Positions 1-12,445 of a DNA stretch of 64,000 bases are shown here, in pieces (the first letter of the stretch is position 1; every line of letters begins with the position of its first letter). The translations under genes and the position numbers were made by a program. The DNA comes from Azolla caroliniana (taxonomy: Eukaryota; Plantae; Polypodiophyta), in contig JBHGNT010000018.1 of assembly GCA_043228905.1 (NCBI GenBank), positions 558,001 to 622,000 on the forward strand. Reading direction: 5' to 3'. The notes beneath the pieces were generated by a model. The model had not been told where the DNA came from. It was given only the letters and a program-made list of their open reading frames with translations, and ran no database searches.

Positions 1-2045
1 CTTTTCTAAAGTTGCATACTTTACTTTTCCCACTACAATTTCCTAAATTTAGCATTCATGCTTGCTAGATGTGCATGCGTAATTTTATTAGTGTGCATAT
101 AAATAAAGTTTTCACGCATTCTAAAAATGTATGAGTTACCTTTTAATAAAGGTAGCCGAAAATAAAGGTTTTATACATATTAAATCTACATTTGAAACAC
201 TCAGAATAAGTTAGTATAATGGTAAGGTTGGAGTTTGTTTGCGTGGAGGTGTAGGGTTCGAATCTTGCCCTATGCACGTTGTCGTGAAGATTTTCGGCTA
301 TAGTGTGAAACCGGGGTGGAATGGGCAAGTTGGTGGTGTGCAACATGTGCACATGTATACTAGGATATGGTGTATAGAAAGAGCAGGGTAATTTTATCCC
401 ACATTGTAAGGTCCCTCCCTCCTTGGGCTATAAAAGGTAGGGAGGGGTCACTTATGAGGGGTTGCCTATTTTGAGGGAGAGAGGCATACCACTTAGGTCG
501 AGGGTTTCCTATTCAGTTTTAGGGTTTCAGTTAGGGTTTTACTATACTTCGCTACTTGCTTATTCTTTAGGGTTTTCTCATAATCGTTTGGTGCGGCCAT
601 GGCAGCCACCATTGTAAAGCATTTATGTTTCTTTAAACTACCTTGTTGAGTATCTTGCCTCCGTTTATTCTATGTTATTGTCTTATTCTTTCTCATCTCC
701 TCTTGAGCTAAGCTTCCATTTTGCGTGTTATTCTTTCTCCTCTACTCCCTAGTCCGAGACCCCCGTGGTCCCGCCCCTTCTACACGCACGCGCGTAACAA
801 CGCAACGTAACAGAAATTTTAATGTTTCTTTTATTTATAATTGTGTCTCTTCATCCCGTAAGAGACTCTCACCGGCCTTCTTCATCCGGCTCTTCCTTGC
901 CGGTTCCTCTTCGTCTGGTTCTCACCGGGTATTTCATTCTCTATCTGGATGGACAAAATGCAATATCCACGTAGTGTGTAAATTACACTATGACACTCAC
1001 CACCTCTAAACCCGCACATCCTCCGGTATGTGCCGAAGTTCCCGATGTTCTATATTCGCCTCCATCCGTATCGCTCTTCGAATCTTCCCTTATGTCGACT
1101 ACGAGTTGAAGTCCACTTTCTTTGCTATCCGCATCGCCGCGATCTTTGTCCGGTTGCTCCTCATTGTCGGTCTCCTCTATGGTTACATAAGATTCGTTGT
1201 TAGTCCGCTTCTTGAAGATCTTCACCCGTTTCCCTGCTATAGGCACTCGTAGTATCGTTCCATCCAACTCACTTAGTCGGTAAGTTCCGTTGTCTAAAAC
1301 TTTCTGAACCACATATGGGCCGAACCACCTTTTTGCAAACTTCCGTACCGTTGTATGTTGATGATCCAAACTACTGTCATAGACAATCACCCAATATCCT
1401 TCTTCAATCTTCCGTGGCCGTAGTCGGTGCTTGGTGTCGAACCGGCTTTTGTTCTGGAGTCGCGCTTCTTGTTGTCGGCGTGACTGAGTTCGTCGCGCCT
1501 TGTGGTAGCGTACACATCCGGACTAATCCTATCGGTGTCCGCATGGTAGTGATGTCTCGGCTCTCCACGGCTAGTTAGAATTGGTCATATCCGGAGTATA
1601 GGTCTCCGATGGAGTATATCGCGCGACCGGCAAATGCTTCCACAAATTCGTCCACTATCGGACCGACTCTGGAATTCCGGATCGTGACCTTGTTCACCGG
1701 TTGCAAGTCTTGGATAAATCGGAGTGACCCATTCTTCTTCGGAACTGTAAACCATCGATTTGAGTACGGAGCGTTTGATGGCTCTAGAATCCCTATCGCC
1801 ACCTTCTCCTTGAGCAAGTCGATGACTTTCGGAATATGCGCCCGTGGCACCGGAATCGGCTTCAGGCTCCACGGCACATGGTCAATCGTGAAGATCACCA
1901 TCGGCTCCACTATCTTCGGATCAACGCGCCCTATCTCCTTCGATGTAAATGCAAATGCTTTTCCATGTTGTTCCAACATCTCACGAAACCATTCTTCTTC
2001 TTTTTGTGAGAGGAAACCACCTCCACCGATCCGAAGTTTCTTTCG
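1..2045. repeat. Near-identical direct copy of 3431-5476 (part of family-A Ty3/gypsy element), abutting the assembly gap
   Basis: Sequence and ORF translations are identical at an offset of 3430/3431; one 1-bp indel seen near 205/3635; copy ends at the N-gap. Confidence 0.9.
280..804 (+). mobile_element. Solo LTR (family C) inserted in a family-A LTR
   Basis: Starts TGTCGTGAAG; absent from uninterrupted A LTRs (7392-8133, 46990-47804); flanked by ACGT/ACGT; both ends match the reverse complement of the C LTR ends at 41188 and 37138. Confidence 0.75.
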
Positions 2046-2046
2046 A

Positions 2047-2146
2047 NNNNNNNNNNNNNNNNNNNNNNNNNNNNNNNNNNNNNNNNNNNNNNNNNNNNNN
2101 NNNNNNNNNNNNNNNNNNNNNNNNNNNNNNNNNNNNNNNNNNNNNN
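2047..2146. other. Assembly gap (100 N)
   Basis: Run of N. Confidence 1.
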
Positions 2147-2733
2147 AATGGGGATTCTAGAGCAATCAAACGCTCCGTACTCAAATTGATGGTTTACGGT
2201 TCCGAAGAAGAATGGGTCACTCCGATTTATCCAAGACTTGCAACCGGTGAACAAGGTCACGATCCGGAATTCTGGAGTCGGTCCGATAGTGGACGAATTT
2301 GTGGAAGCATTTGCCGGTCGCGCGATATACTCCATCAGAGACCTATACCTCGGATATGACCAATTCCAACTAGCCGTGGAGAGTCGAGACATCACTACCA
2401 TGCAGACACCGATAGGATTAGTCCGGATGTGTACGCTACCACAAGGCGTGACGAACTCAGTCGCACATATGATGAATGCGATGAATAAGGTGCTAGGGGA
2501 TTGCATACCAGAGATAACGATGCCGTTCCTAGATGACAGTCCGATGAAAGGGTGTGCGGTGGAAGAAAAAGATGAGCTATGGATGAACGGGGATGCCGAA
2601 GGTTCGTAGTCAACCATATCTGTGATTGTGAGAAAGTGTTACGGGAAGTTAGAAGATGTGCATCTAACACTTTCCGGAGAGAAATCGGCCATTCGGACAA
2701 GAAGAAATATTGGTAGTCGGACATCTATGTGGG
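2147..2733 (+). mobile_element. Family-A Ty3/gypsy reverse transcriptase fragment (frameshifted)
   Basis: QPVNKVTIRNSGVGP...DLYLGYDQF...LPQGVTNS...PFLDD...EEILVVGHLCG; inverse orientation relative to 3214-8133. Confidence 0.85.
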
Positions 2734-3213
2734 CTAAGATATTGGAGATTAAAGGTAAAGCATACCTATTCCTTATAGTGACTTTATTTAAGCCTCGATA
2801 GTCCACGACCCAAACGAAGGGAGCTGTCCTTTTTCTTCACAAAAAAGATAGGAGCACCAGCTGGAAACTTTAAATGTCGAATAAACCCATGTGAAAATAC
2901 ATGTAATGAGAGCTAAAGACTGGTGTTGATTCGAATTGATTTGAAAATACATGTATGCCCTTATTTATAGGTTCCTATAGAATAGCTTAGAGATTTCTAG
3001 AATGTTCTAGAAGTTCTAGACCTAGAATGCTCTAGGACATTCTAGAACATTCTAGAATAATCTAGAGGTTTTTACAATAATCAATGTAATACAAGTAGCT
3101 TTTATTGTTTCATATAACAATAAGCTATCTTAATGGTTGAGGTTTTCAAGTATGGATTACAAGGTTAGAGGTTCAAGTTCGGGTGACGCCATAATGGTCA
3201 TGTGTTCATGACA
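2731..3213 (-). mobile_element. Family-B (Tcn1/Tf2-like chromovirus) RT N-terminal piece plus LTR (about 2902-3213)
   Basis: Minus strand reads GAPIFFVKKKD...VVDYRGLNKVTIRNRYALPLISNILA; LTR begins TGTCATGAACAC on the minus strand, matching 52160 onward. Confidence 0.8.
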
Positions 3214-3710
3214 AGTAGATAGCAAAGAGAAAGATAAGAAACTTGTGAATCACACGAGTATACTATATTAATTGGTACTTAGGTTGTTAAGAAAGAAGTA
3301 GATGCATAAATCGTGAATCCCACGAATAATTTTATATTGATCAATACTTAATCCAAAAAAATAAACCAACCCTTATACATCTTTCTCTCCTCCTTATATA
3401 AGGACGAAAGAGGCTAAGTATAGCTTCTTGCTTTTCTAAAGTTGCATACTTTACTTTTCCCACTACAATTTCCTAAATTTAGCATTCATGCTTGCTAGAT
3501 GTGCATGCGTAATTTTATTAGTGTGCATATAAATAAAGTTTTCACGCATTCTAAAAATGTATGAGTTACCTTTTAATAAAGGTAGCCGAAAATAAAGGTT
3601 TTATACATATTAAATCTACATTTGAAACACTCAGAAATAAGTTAGTATAATGGTAAGGTTGGAGTTTGTTTGCGTGGAGGTGTAGGGTTCGAATCTTGCC
3701 CTATGCACGT

Positions 3711-4235
3711 TGTCGTGAAGATTTTCGGCTATAGTGTGAAACCGGGGTGGAATGGGCAAGTTGGTGGTGTGCAACATGTGCACATGTATACTAGGATATG
3801 GTGTATAGAAAGAGCAGGGTAATTTTATCCCACATTGTAAGGTCCCTCCCTCCTTGGGCTATAAAAGGTAGGGAGGGGTCACTTATGAGGGGTTGCCTAT
3901 TTTGAGGGAGAGAGGCATACCACTTAGGTCGAGGGTTTCCTATTCAGTTTTAGGGTTTCAGTTAGGGTTTTACTATACTTCGCTACTTGCTTATTCTTTA
4001 GGGTTTTCTCATAATCGTTTGGTGCGGCCATGGCAGCCACCATTGTAAAGCATTTATGTTTCTTTAAACTACCTTGTTGAGTATCTTGCCTCCGTTTATT
4101 CTATGTTATTGTCTTATTCTTTCTCATCTCCTCTTGAGCTAAGCTTCCATTTTGCGTGTTATTCTTTCTCCTCTACTCCCTAGTCCGAGACCCCCGTGGT
4201 CCCGCCCCTTCTACACGCACGCGCGTAACAACGCA
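3711..4235 (+). mobile_element. Solo LTR (family C), duplicate of 280-804
   Basis: Identical to 280-804, ACGT flanks. Confidence 0.75.
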
Positions 4236-7200
4236 ACGTAACAGAAATTTTAATGTTTCTTTTATTTATAATTGTGTCTCTTCATCCCGTAAGAGACTCT
4301 CACCGGCCTTCTTCATCCGGCTCTTCCTTGCCGGTTCCTCTTCGTCTGGTTCTCACCGGGTATTTCATTCTCTATCTGGATGGACAAAATGCAATATCCA
4401 CGTAGTGTGTAAATTACACTATGACACTCACCACCTCTAAACCCGCACATCCTCCGGTATGTGCCGAAGTTCCCGATGTTCTATATTCGCCTCCATCCGT
4501 ATCGCTCTTCGAATCTTCCCTTATGTCGACTACGAGTTGAAGTCCACTTTCTTTGCTATCCGCATCGCCGCGATCTTTGTCCGGTTGCTCCTCATTGTCG
4601 GTCTCCTCTATGGTTACATAAGATTCGTTGTTAGTCCGCTTCTTGAAGATCTTCACCCGTTTCCCTGCTATAGGCACTCGTAGTATCGTTCCATCCAACT
4701 CACTTAGTCGGTAAGTTCCGTTGTCTAAAACTTTCTGAACCACATATGGGCCGAACCACCTTTTTGCAAACTTCCGTACCGTTGTATGTTGATGATCCAA
4801 ACTACTGTCATAGACAATCACCCAATATCCTTCTTCAATCTTCCGTGGCCGTAGTCGGTGCTTGGTGTCGAACCGGCTTTTGTTCTGGAGTCGCGCTTCT
4901 TGTTGTCGGCGTGACTGAGTTCGTCGCGCCTTGTGGTAGCGTACACATCCGGACTAATCCTATCGGTGTCCGCATGGTAGTGATGTCTCGGCTCTCCACG
5001 GCTAGTTAGAATTGGTCATATCCGGAGTATAGGTCTCCGATGGAGTATATCGCGCGACCGGCAAATGCTTCCACAAATTCGTCCACTATCGGACCGACTC
5101 TGGAATTCCGGATCGTGACCTTGTTCACCGGTTGCAAGTCTTGGATAAATCGGAGTGACCCATTCTTCTTCGGAACTGTAAACCATCGATTTGAGTACGG
5201 AGCGTTTGATGGCTCTAGAATCCCTATCGCCACCTTCTCCTTGAGCAAGTCGATGACTTTCGGAATATGCGCCCGTGGCACCGGAATCGGCTTCAGGCTC
5301 CACGGCACATGGTCAATCGTGAAGATCACCATCGGCTCCACTATCTTCGGATCAACGCGCCCTATCTCCTTCGATGTAAATGCAAATGCTTTTCCATGTT
5401 GTTCCAACATCTCACGAAACCATTCTTCTTCTTTTTGTGAGAGGAAACCACCTCCACCGATCCGAAGTTTCTTTCGGGTCTCATCCGAGAAGGCATGTTC
5501 GATATCCACGGACTTTCGAAGTGTTGGATCTCCCGAGACTTCTTTCCTCTTTTGTTCGCTATCGGCGGGTAGCGGTCCTACGACCGGTTTCACTTTCTTC
5601 TCCACGGTCTTGTATTTCGTACTTACCATTAATTTTTCTTTGCGGAACGCATCCGGCCCCATTTTCGCAATGATCTTGTACATCTCGACCAATTCCACCG
5701 GGAGTACCTAGTCTTCTTGGTTTTTACCCTCCACAAGCTCTTCAAGCCGTTGTAGCATGTTCCCATAGAACACTTCTTCGACTACCCCCACGATTTCTTC
5801 ATCCTCTTTTATTCTTGATGCCGACCGTAACTTACTCTCCACCTTTGGGTATTCTTTCTTCATTCCTCCGGCTACGGCTGCATATGTTGATGCCCCATCC
5901 GGTTCGTACTTATTTTGTTCCGAGAGTCTTCTTCTTGTGTGGGGTATCAGGGCTTCTCGGACTATCACTTCCCCACTCCGCAACAATCCGATCTAAAAAT
6001 CCATCTTCGTTTGGGACAAGAGCTCTCTCTTGTTCCTTTCATGATTTGCCGGCACCGTTAGGAATTGGACGGATTTCCCTCCGTTTTGGCTCCGAATTCG
6101 TGCAAAAGCCACACCGCTATCGAGCACCTTCGTCTCCATCCGTGATGCCGTGATAAAGGGTTGCCCGAGGATCGCGGAGTGTGAGACCTTGTCTTGTACG
6201 AAGAAATTTTGGTCGATATCGACATCCCCGATCTTCACCGTCACATCCGAACAAGCCGCAAATAGATCTTCCGTTGCTTTAGTGACCGCCCGGATCTTCC
6301 ATCCATAATTGGTGTTAATAGGTCACTTCCCCTTCCGGTAGAACTCTTTGGACATCAAATTGATCTCCGATCCTTGATCAATCAATGCTAGCACGGGCTC
6401 TTTGATGTTGCCGATTCGGACCGGAGTCTTCGTAGTTGCACGCGCCCAATGTGGCTTTGTATAGTGGGAATTCGGAATCTCGTCCTCCACTTCGGTGTCG
6501 TTCATCAGAACGGTATTTGCATTCACCATCGGCGCATTTTCCTCTGTAGTTTGTCTTTTTCCTTTTACGAGATCCACAAGAACGTAATGGAACTCTTTTT
6601 TTGTTATTCCGAGTAGTTCCCGAAGAGAAAAATCTCGAGCCCCTTCTCAGTCGTAGTCTCTCGAGCCCGCAGTTGATGGTCCTCCAATCCGGATCTCGGT
6701 TTCGGAATCGGTTCCGAAACCCTCTTCTCTTCGTTAGCAAGCCACTGCCCCCTCTTCGTGTATCGCGCGACGATATCCCGCACGCTTTCCCACATTTCGG
6801 TGAGGCCGCTTTCGGTGGTCGTGTCCTCCAGAAGCACTCCGAGATCTTTCCGGCCCCGGACGTCCACAACTCGCAAAAACATGATGACTTTGTCCGGTGC
6901 AAGAATAGTTTGATCTCTCCCGGACAACCCCCCGAACCGACTTTCGAATGACGAAAACACTTCGAGGACCTTTAACCCTTTACCTGGCGTTTCCACCCAA
7001 TCTTCGAATCCCCTCCGCGTTGCCTTGGAGGAGTCCTCGATGGCGAACGTGGTCTTTAACTCTTCTTCAAATGCTTCCCACGTCGGATTTTGGTGTTGTA
7101 ACCCGTGGATACTCTCTTGAAGCCCGTCGGTCGCCACACGGTTGAAGGATGTCAGTTGCACTCCTTCCGAAATCCGGCACCAGAGCATCTCTGCCTTGTA

Positions 7201-7370
7201 GTCCTACAAATATCACGACACATCCTTATTGTTGAATTGCCCGTTGCTTTCTACGAGCCGCTCTACTGCTGCCAAAATCTCCGACATCGCGCGGTCTTCT
7301 TGTAGCATCCGCTCGAACATCGCCATCATATTGTTAGCTTGTTGATTCTCCATCTCCTTGCCACCCGTTT

Positions 7371-7387
7371 TCACGTCGGGTTCACCA
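7371..7387 (-). promoter_or_regulatory. Primer binding site, tRNA-Trp-like
   Basis: TGGTGAACCCGACGTGA on the minus strand 4 nt from the 5' LTR; matches the plant tRNA-Trp 3' end as I recall it. Confidence 0.75.
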
Positions 7388-8133
7388 CTTGTGTCGTGCC
7401 TTTTGGCTCCAGATCGTTACGTGAGTCGGGTGGGAACCACTTGGGATTTTGGACTAGGAGAAAGGAGATCGTGAGATAGAGATTATTTATGAGTAGATAG
7501 CAAAGAGAAAGATAAGAAACTTGTGAATCACACGAGTATACTATATTAATTGGTACTTAGGTTGTTAAGAAAGAAGTAGATGCATAAATCGTGAATCCCA
7601 CGAATAATTTTTATATTGATCAATACTTAATCCAAAAAAATAACCAACCCTTATACATCTTTCTCTCCTCCTTATATAAGGACGGAAGAGGCTAAGTATA
7701 GCTTATTGCTTTTCTAAAGTTGCATGCTTTACTTTTCCCACTACAATTTCCTAAATTTAGCATTCATGCTTGCTAGATGTGCATGCGTAATTTTATTAGT
7801 GTGCATATAAATAAAGTTTTCACGCATTCTAAAAATGCATGACTTACCTTTTAATAAGATAAGATAACATAATGGTAAGGCTGGAGTTTGTTTGCGTGGA
7901 GGTGTAGGGTTTGAATCTTGCCCTATGCACGTAATAGAAATTTTAATGTTTCTATTATTTATAATTGTGTCTCTTCATCCTGTAAGAGACTCTCACCGGC
8001 CTTCTTCATCCGGCTCTTCCTTGTCGATTCCTCCTTGCCGGTTCCTCTTCGTCCGGTTCTCACCGGGTATTTCATTCTCTATCTGGATGGACAAAATGTA
8101 ATTTGCACGTAGTGTGTAAATTACACTATGACA

Positions 8134-8887
8134 ACGTGGAAAATCCCGAATCAAGGAAAAACGACGGGCGTCGTTCAATTTATGCCATAGCTCGTAGGCA
8201 TTTGTATCACTTGCTACATGATGTAGAATGATAATGTCTACAAACTGTCTTATGGTTGCCATAACCTTTCTATTTAGGACATTCCACTCAAACTCTATTA
8301 CCCTTGTTGGTATATCCTACCTATCTATCAGCTCATACAGGTCTTTAACTATTAGAAGATCCTTCATCTTGATCTTCCAGGCAACATAGTTATGGGAGTT
8401 TAGAACAATCATCCCTGGAAATCTAGTCATACTTCTTTCCATCTAGAACCTATTACTCGGATCCTAGTTTGAAGTGATATATACTCAGATGCAAACAATA
8501 ATTATGCCAAGACACAAAACAGAAACAAGCAACACACGATTTACGTGGAAAATCCTGAATCAGGGAAAAAAAACCAAAACTTCACTATAATCAAAGAGAA
8601 TACAATTAGGTAGCAAGAGCTCCCCTTTGCTCACTGTAGTAATCACCGAGAGCTTTGATAATACCACAACCTTGATAAAACACAACACTTACAAAGAGAA
8701 ACAAAGAAAAGGGTATGGAACAACTAAACCTACCTAGGTGATTAGTGTTGCTCAAACTCTTGAGCATCCGAAACCATAACTAGGGTTTCGACAGTCCACA
8801 ACCACAAACACCTATTGTCTGTCCCTCTCTTTTCTTCCTATTCACAGCTCTCTGACTATCACTCTTTTCTTCTACAACTCACGCTCT

Positions 8888-8923
<36 letters not shown>

Positions 8924-9070
8924 AAATAATGGCTTTCATTACGAAACAAAAAACCCCACCATGAGGAACTACAAAGTATAGAACCCTTCTATCTAGGGAT
9001 CTAAAGAATACTACGACACCAAACTCAATGCCACCCTACACACTAATTCAAATGATGAGTATGATGATAT
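8134..9070 (-). mobile_element. Ty1/copia remnant (gag N-terminus and LTR pieces)
   Basis: Minus strand LNSHNYVAWKIKMKDLL...LNRKVMATIRQFV...TNAYELWHKL; LTR piece ACGTGGAAAATCC at both 8134 and about 8544; right boundary approximate. Confidence 0.7.
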
Positions 9071-9498
9071 GTGACCTTCCAAAGTTCTCTCTCTCTCTCT
9101 CTAAAGAATGTTCATTTACTGAATTCCGTTACCATGGCGAGAAGTTATGAGCATTTTCATACGCAACCATATTTGCCCCACGGTTCCTCAAACGCAAGGT
9201 AGATTTTGAAGCCCTAAATCGAGTGAAAGGTACATGCTCGACATATAGTGCAATTCGTTCAAGATATGTTGACATACTAAGAGGGAGTGATAACTTAAGA
9301 TCCATACTTAAGACATCACCTAGAAGGTTGAGCTCATATGTGTATGCTTTATTAACACATAGCGACTTTCTGCTTCAACATATGAATACCCCTTCTTAGG
9401 AAGGAGACATATATCAAGAACACATGTATACTCTGGTCCCATAGGTCAAAATTGGCCTCTTTATGGACGATAAAAATTCTAATTCTAATTCTAATTCT

Positions 9499-12097
9499 GT
9501 CTCTCTCTTCCCGTAGGGTTTGTCGCTGCAATGGAAAATACTCGTAAAGCCGCCGCAAAGTTCGGGGGTATGATTGATAATGAGCCGAGATCACCAACAA
9601 ATCTCAATTCCAATGCAATGGACAAAATTCTTATGAGCCACTTGATTTCTCTTCAAGAAACCAAAAACAAGCAAGGCGAAGAGATTAGGACGTTAATGAA
9701 AGAGAATGCTAAGCTCCAAATTGTTGTCATTGAGAATGAAAGTCTTAAACAAGTGGTTGTAAAACTTCAAGAAGAGATTCAAGAATGTAAAAGAGTTTCT
9801 TTTGAACCAAATGAGCTCCTTAACAAGATTTAATTAAAGGAAGCATTAAAAGAAGAAAAATTGGACACGATGAGGCGGGATGTAAGTGAGATAAAAAATG
9901 TATGTACAACGAAGTCATGGGCCGATGTATGTGGTGGGGATGTGGTATCAAACTCATCTAATATGCATGTGATGCATCAAAAGAAGAATATAGAAAGTAT
10001 AGATGTCTGAGAATTGAAAGAACGTGAACGACGATCAAAGAACATTGTCTTCCGTGGGATTAAAGAAGAGAGTATGGAAACACCCACATCCCTTGGAAAG
10101 GCCATAGGTGAATTTTTTAGCATGCATTATGGGATGTCAGATGTGAATGTATATGGGGCACACCGAGTTGGGAAACATGGTGTTACTCGCTCTAGAGAAA
10201 GACCTATTGTATGCACAATCGCAGATGATACAAAGCACAATTTGGGAAGTTACTCCTACAAATGTGCAATAATACCGGATTGCTTATTGCAAATGGTATT
10301 TCCTTATGGCCCAACACTAATGGTTTTACATTTAGAAAACACAACGGAAATAGTGTGATTGACTATGTGCTACTTTCCGAAGGTATTTTGGATCGTATAC
10401 ATAAATTCTCACTTGGTGAATGGACACCGAAATCCGATCATAGGCCTTTATGTATTGATCTCAAATGTATGGCACATAGGTTTGATTGTGAGAAGGCTAT
10501 TCAAGATAATAAACAACTGCACTTGAGCATGAACCTTAAGCGAGCACCCATGTATTCCAAGATGGTTGAGGATATGTTACAAATGACAAAGATACAACAT
10601 GGTGCCACAGTAGAAGCCAAATGGGAAGCTTTTAAGAAAGTCATTATCTCCTGTACAAACAAATGTTTTTCGACCAATCGCACATCTTGGAAATGCACCA
10701 AGAAACTTAGGAAAAAATGGTTTGATAAAGAATGTCGTGAAGCTAGAAAGTGCTTTATGGTTTTGGATGTAGTTAAGGATAAAGAGAATTACCAAAAGCA
10801 TTTTCATGAGTATAAAAGGCTTATTCAAAGAAAGAGAAGAATATGGGAAGTTACTCGACAATTTATCCAAACACAAAAGAAAGCACATGCATGTGCTAAA
10901 TTCTGGGGAAATCTAAAGGGGAAACGTGTTGAGAGTTATGGTGACTTAACTCTTCACGACTTGTCTATGCATTGTAAGAATTTATATGAGTTATCTCTTG
11001 TCGGAAAGATGATGTGTTATAGTTCTCTTTCACATATGCCTCCCTTCTTTATAATTGAAGATATATGCATAGGACTTAAGAAAGTGGCCTCTCGAAAGGC
11101 AAGCGATCTTCAATGTATAAAGGTTCAAATGCTCAAATAGACGGGAAAGGAAGCACATATATGGATAAGCGATATGTTTAATGATGCATTGTAACATGGT
11201 ATGTCGTACGATTGGACTACAAATTGGATCAAACCTTTACATAAAGGTGGAGATTTAAATAATGTAAACAACTATCGAACCATCATCGTTGGCTCATTAA
11301 TGGCAAAACTATTTGGATGTATAATGGAATCAAAGATAAGTGTATGGGCTTAAAAAAATGGTAAGAGAGCTTATGGACAAGCTGGCTTTCGAAAACATCA
11401 TAGCACCATTGATCACCTTATCACCCTTCGAGTATTAATGGAGGAAAGTCGCCTTAGAGGTAAAGGTTTATATTGTTGCTTTGTAGACTTATAGAAAGCT
11501 TTTGATATGGTACCTCGTGAGCATTTTTGGAGGCGAATGGAAGAACTTGAGGTGCCAAGTGAATATATGCTTGCAATTTCCCGAATTTATGAGAAGGTTA
11601 TATGTTGTGTGCGCATGAGAGATAAACTTTCAAATTTTTTCAAAAGCAGTATTGGAGTTAAGCAATGATGCCCACTCTCACCAACACTATTTGGTCTATG
11701 CATTGATGAATTGGAAGAAATGGTTACCAAGTTTGCAAAGGAAGAATGTGTTGAAGAAGTTGCCATTAGGAATGTTGTGATTATGCTTTTGCTATATGCA
11801 GATGTTGTAGTGCTTTTTGCAAATACTTTAGGAGATGCACACAAGCTTATGAAGGCATTGGAAAAAAATTGCATGCATACTAAATTAAGTGTCAGTATCT
11901 CTAAAACAAAGATTATGCTTGTGAAGAGCCAAAAAAGAGATAAACCATGCATTATGTACAACAATGAGCCACTTGAATGTGTGGTAAGCTTCAAATATCT
12001 TGGCCTTGAAGTTCCTTCAAATCATAGATGGAATGAATGTGCTACATGCCGCTTAGAGGTGGGTAAATGAGTATACTATGCATTTGAGAACACATGT
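9499..12097 (+). mobile_element. Degenerate non-LTR retrotransposon (LINE): ORF1, endonuclease C-part, RT; 3' end cut by an LTR
   Basis: Coiled-coil ORF1 and RERRSKNIVFRGIKE; SVIDY...SDHRPL; QAGFR...STIDH, CFVDL*KAFD, GVKQ*CPLSPTLF, LLYAD; multiple stops. Confidence 0.9.
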
Positions 12098-12445
12098 TGT
12101 CATGAATCCGTGAACATTATGTGGCTTCACTTGGGTTTGAACCCAAGACCTTGTAATACATAATCAAGAACCTAACCATTAAGATAACTTATGATTATAT
12201 GAAATAATAAAAGCTACTTCTTGTAATAGACTAATATTGTAAATGTTCTAGAACATTCCTAGAACATTCCTAGAACATCCTAGAACATTCTAGAATATCC
12301 TAGAACATCTTAGAATATTCTAGGTCTAGAACATTCTAGAACATTATAGAAATCACTAGGCTATTCTATAGGAACCTATAAATATGGACATACAATTCTT
12401 CTCAAAACCAATTCGAATCAACACCAGTCTTAAGCTCTCATTGCC
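12098..12445 (+). mobile_element. Family-B-like LTR with (TAGAACATTC)n array
   Basis: Starts TGTCATGAA; colinear with 52160-52306 and with the reverse complement of 2902-3213; right end uncertain. Confidence 0.7.

Larger units (their letters stand above)
3214..8133 (-). mobile_element. Family-A Ty3/gypsy element, internally deleted; 5' LTR 7392-8133, truncated 3' LTR 3214-4426
   Basis: LTR TGTC...GACA; PPT-like TTTAGAGGTGGTGAG beside 4427; gag remnants, protease ALIDQGSEINLM, RT N-half (5006-5698) fused at about 4912 to integrase C-terminus (KRWFGPY); many stops and frameshifts. Confidence 0.9.

Noticed and set aside
500-580. TTAGGGTTT motifs (also AAACCCTAAACCCT at about 58981) as interstitial telomere
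   Set aside because: Scattered or only two units; consistent with telo-box-like motifs in an LTR or intron
1609-6951. Long ORFs opposite retroelement genes (also 35130-37165, 52628-54450, 58269-58922)
   Set aside because: Antisense shadows of GC-rich gag/pol or metacaspase coding sequence; no independent motifs
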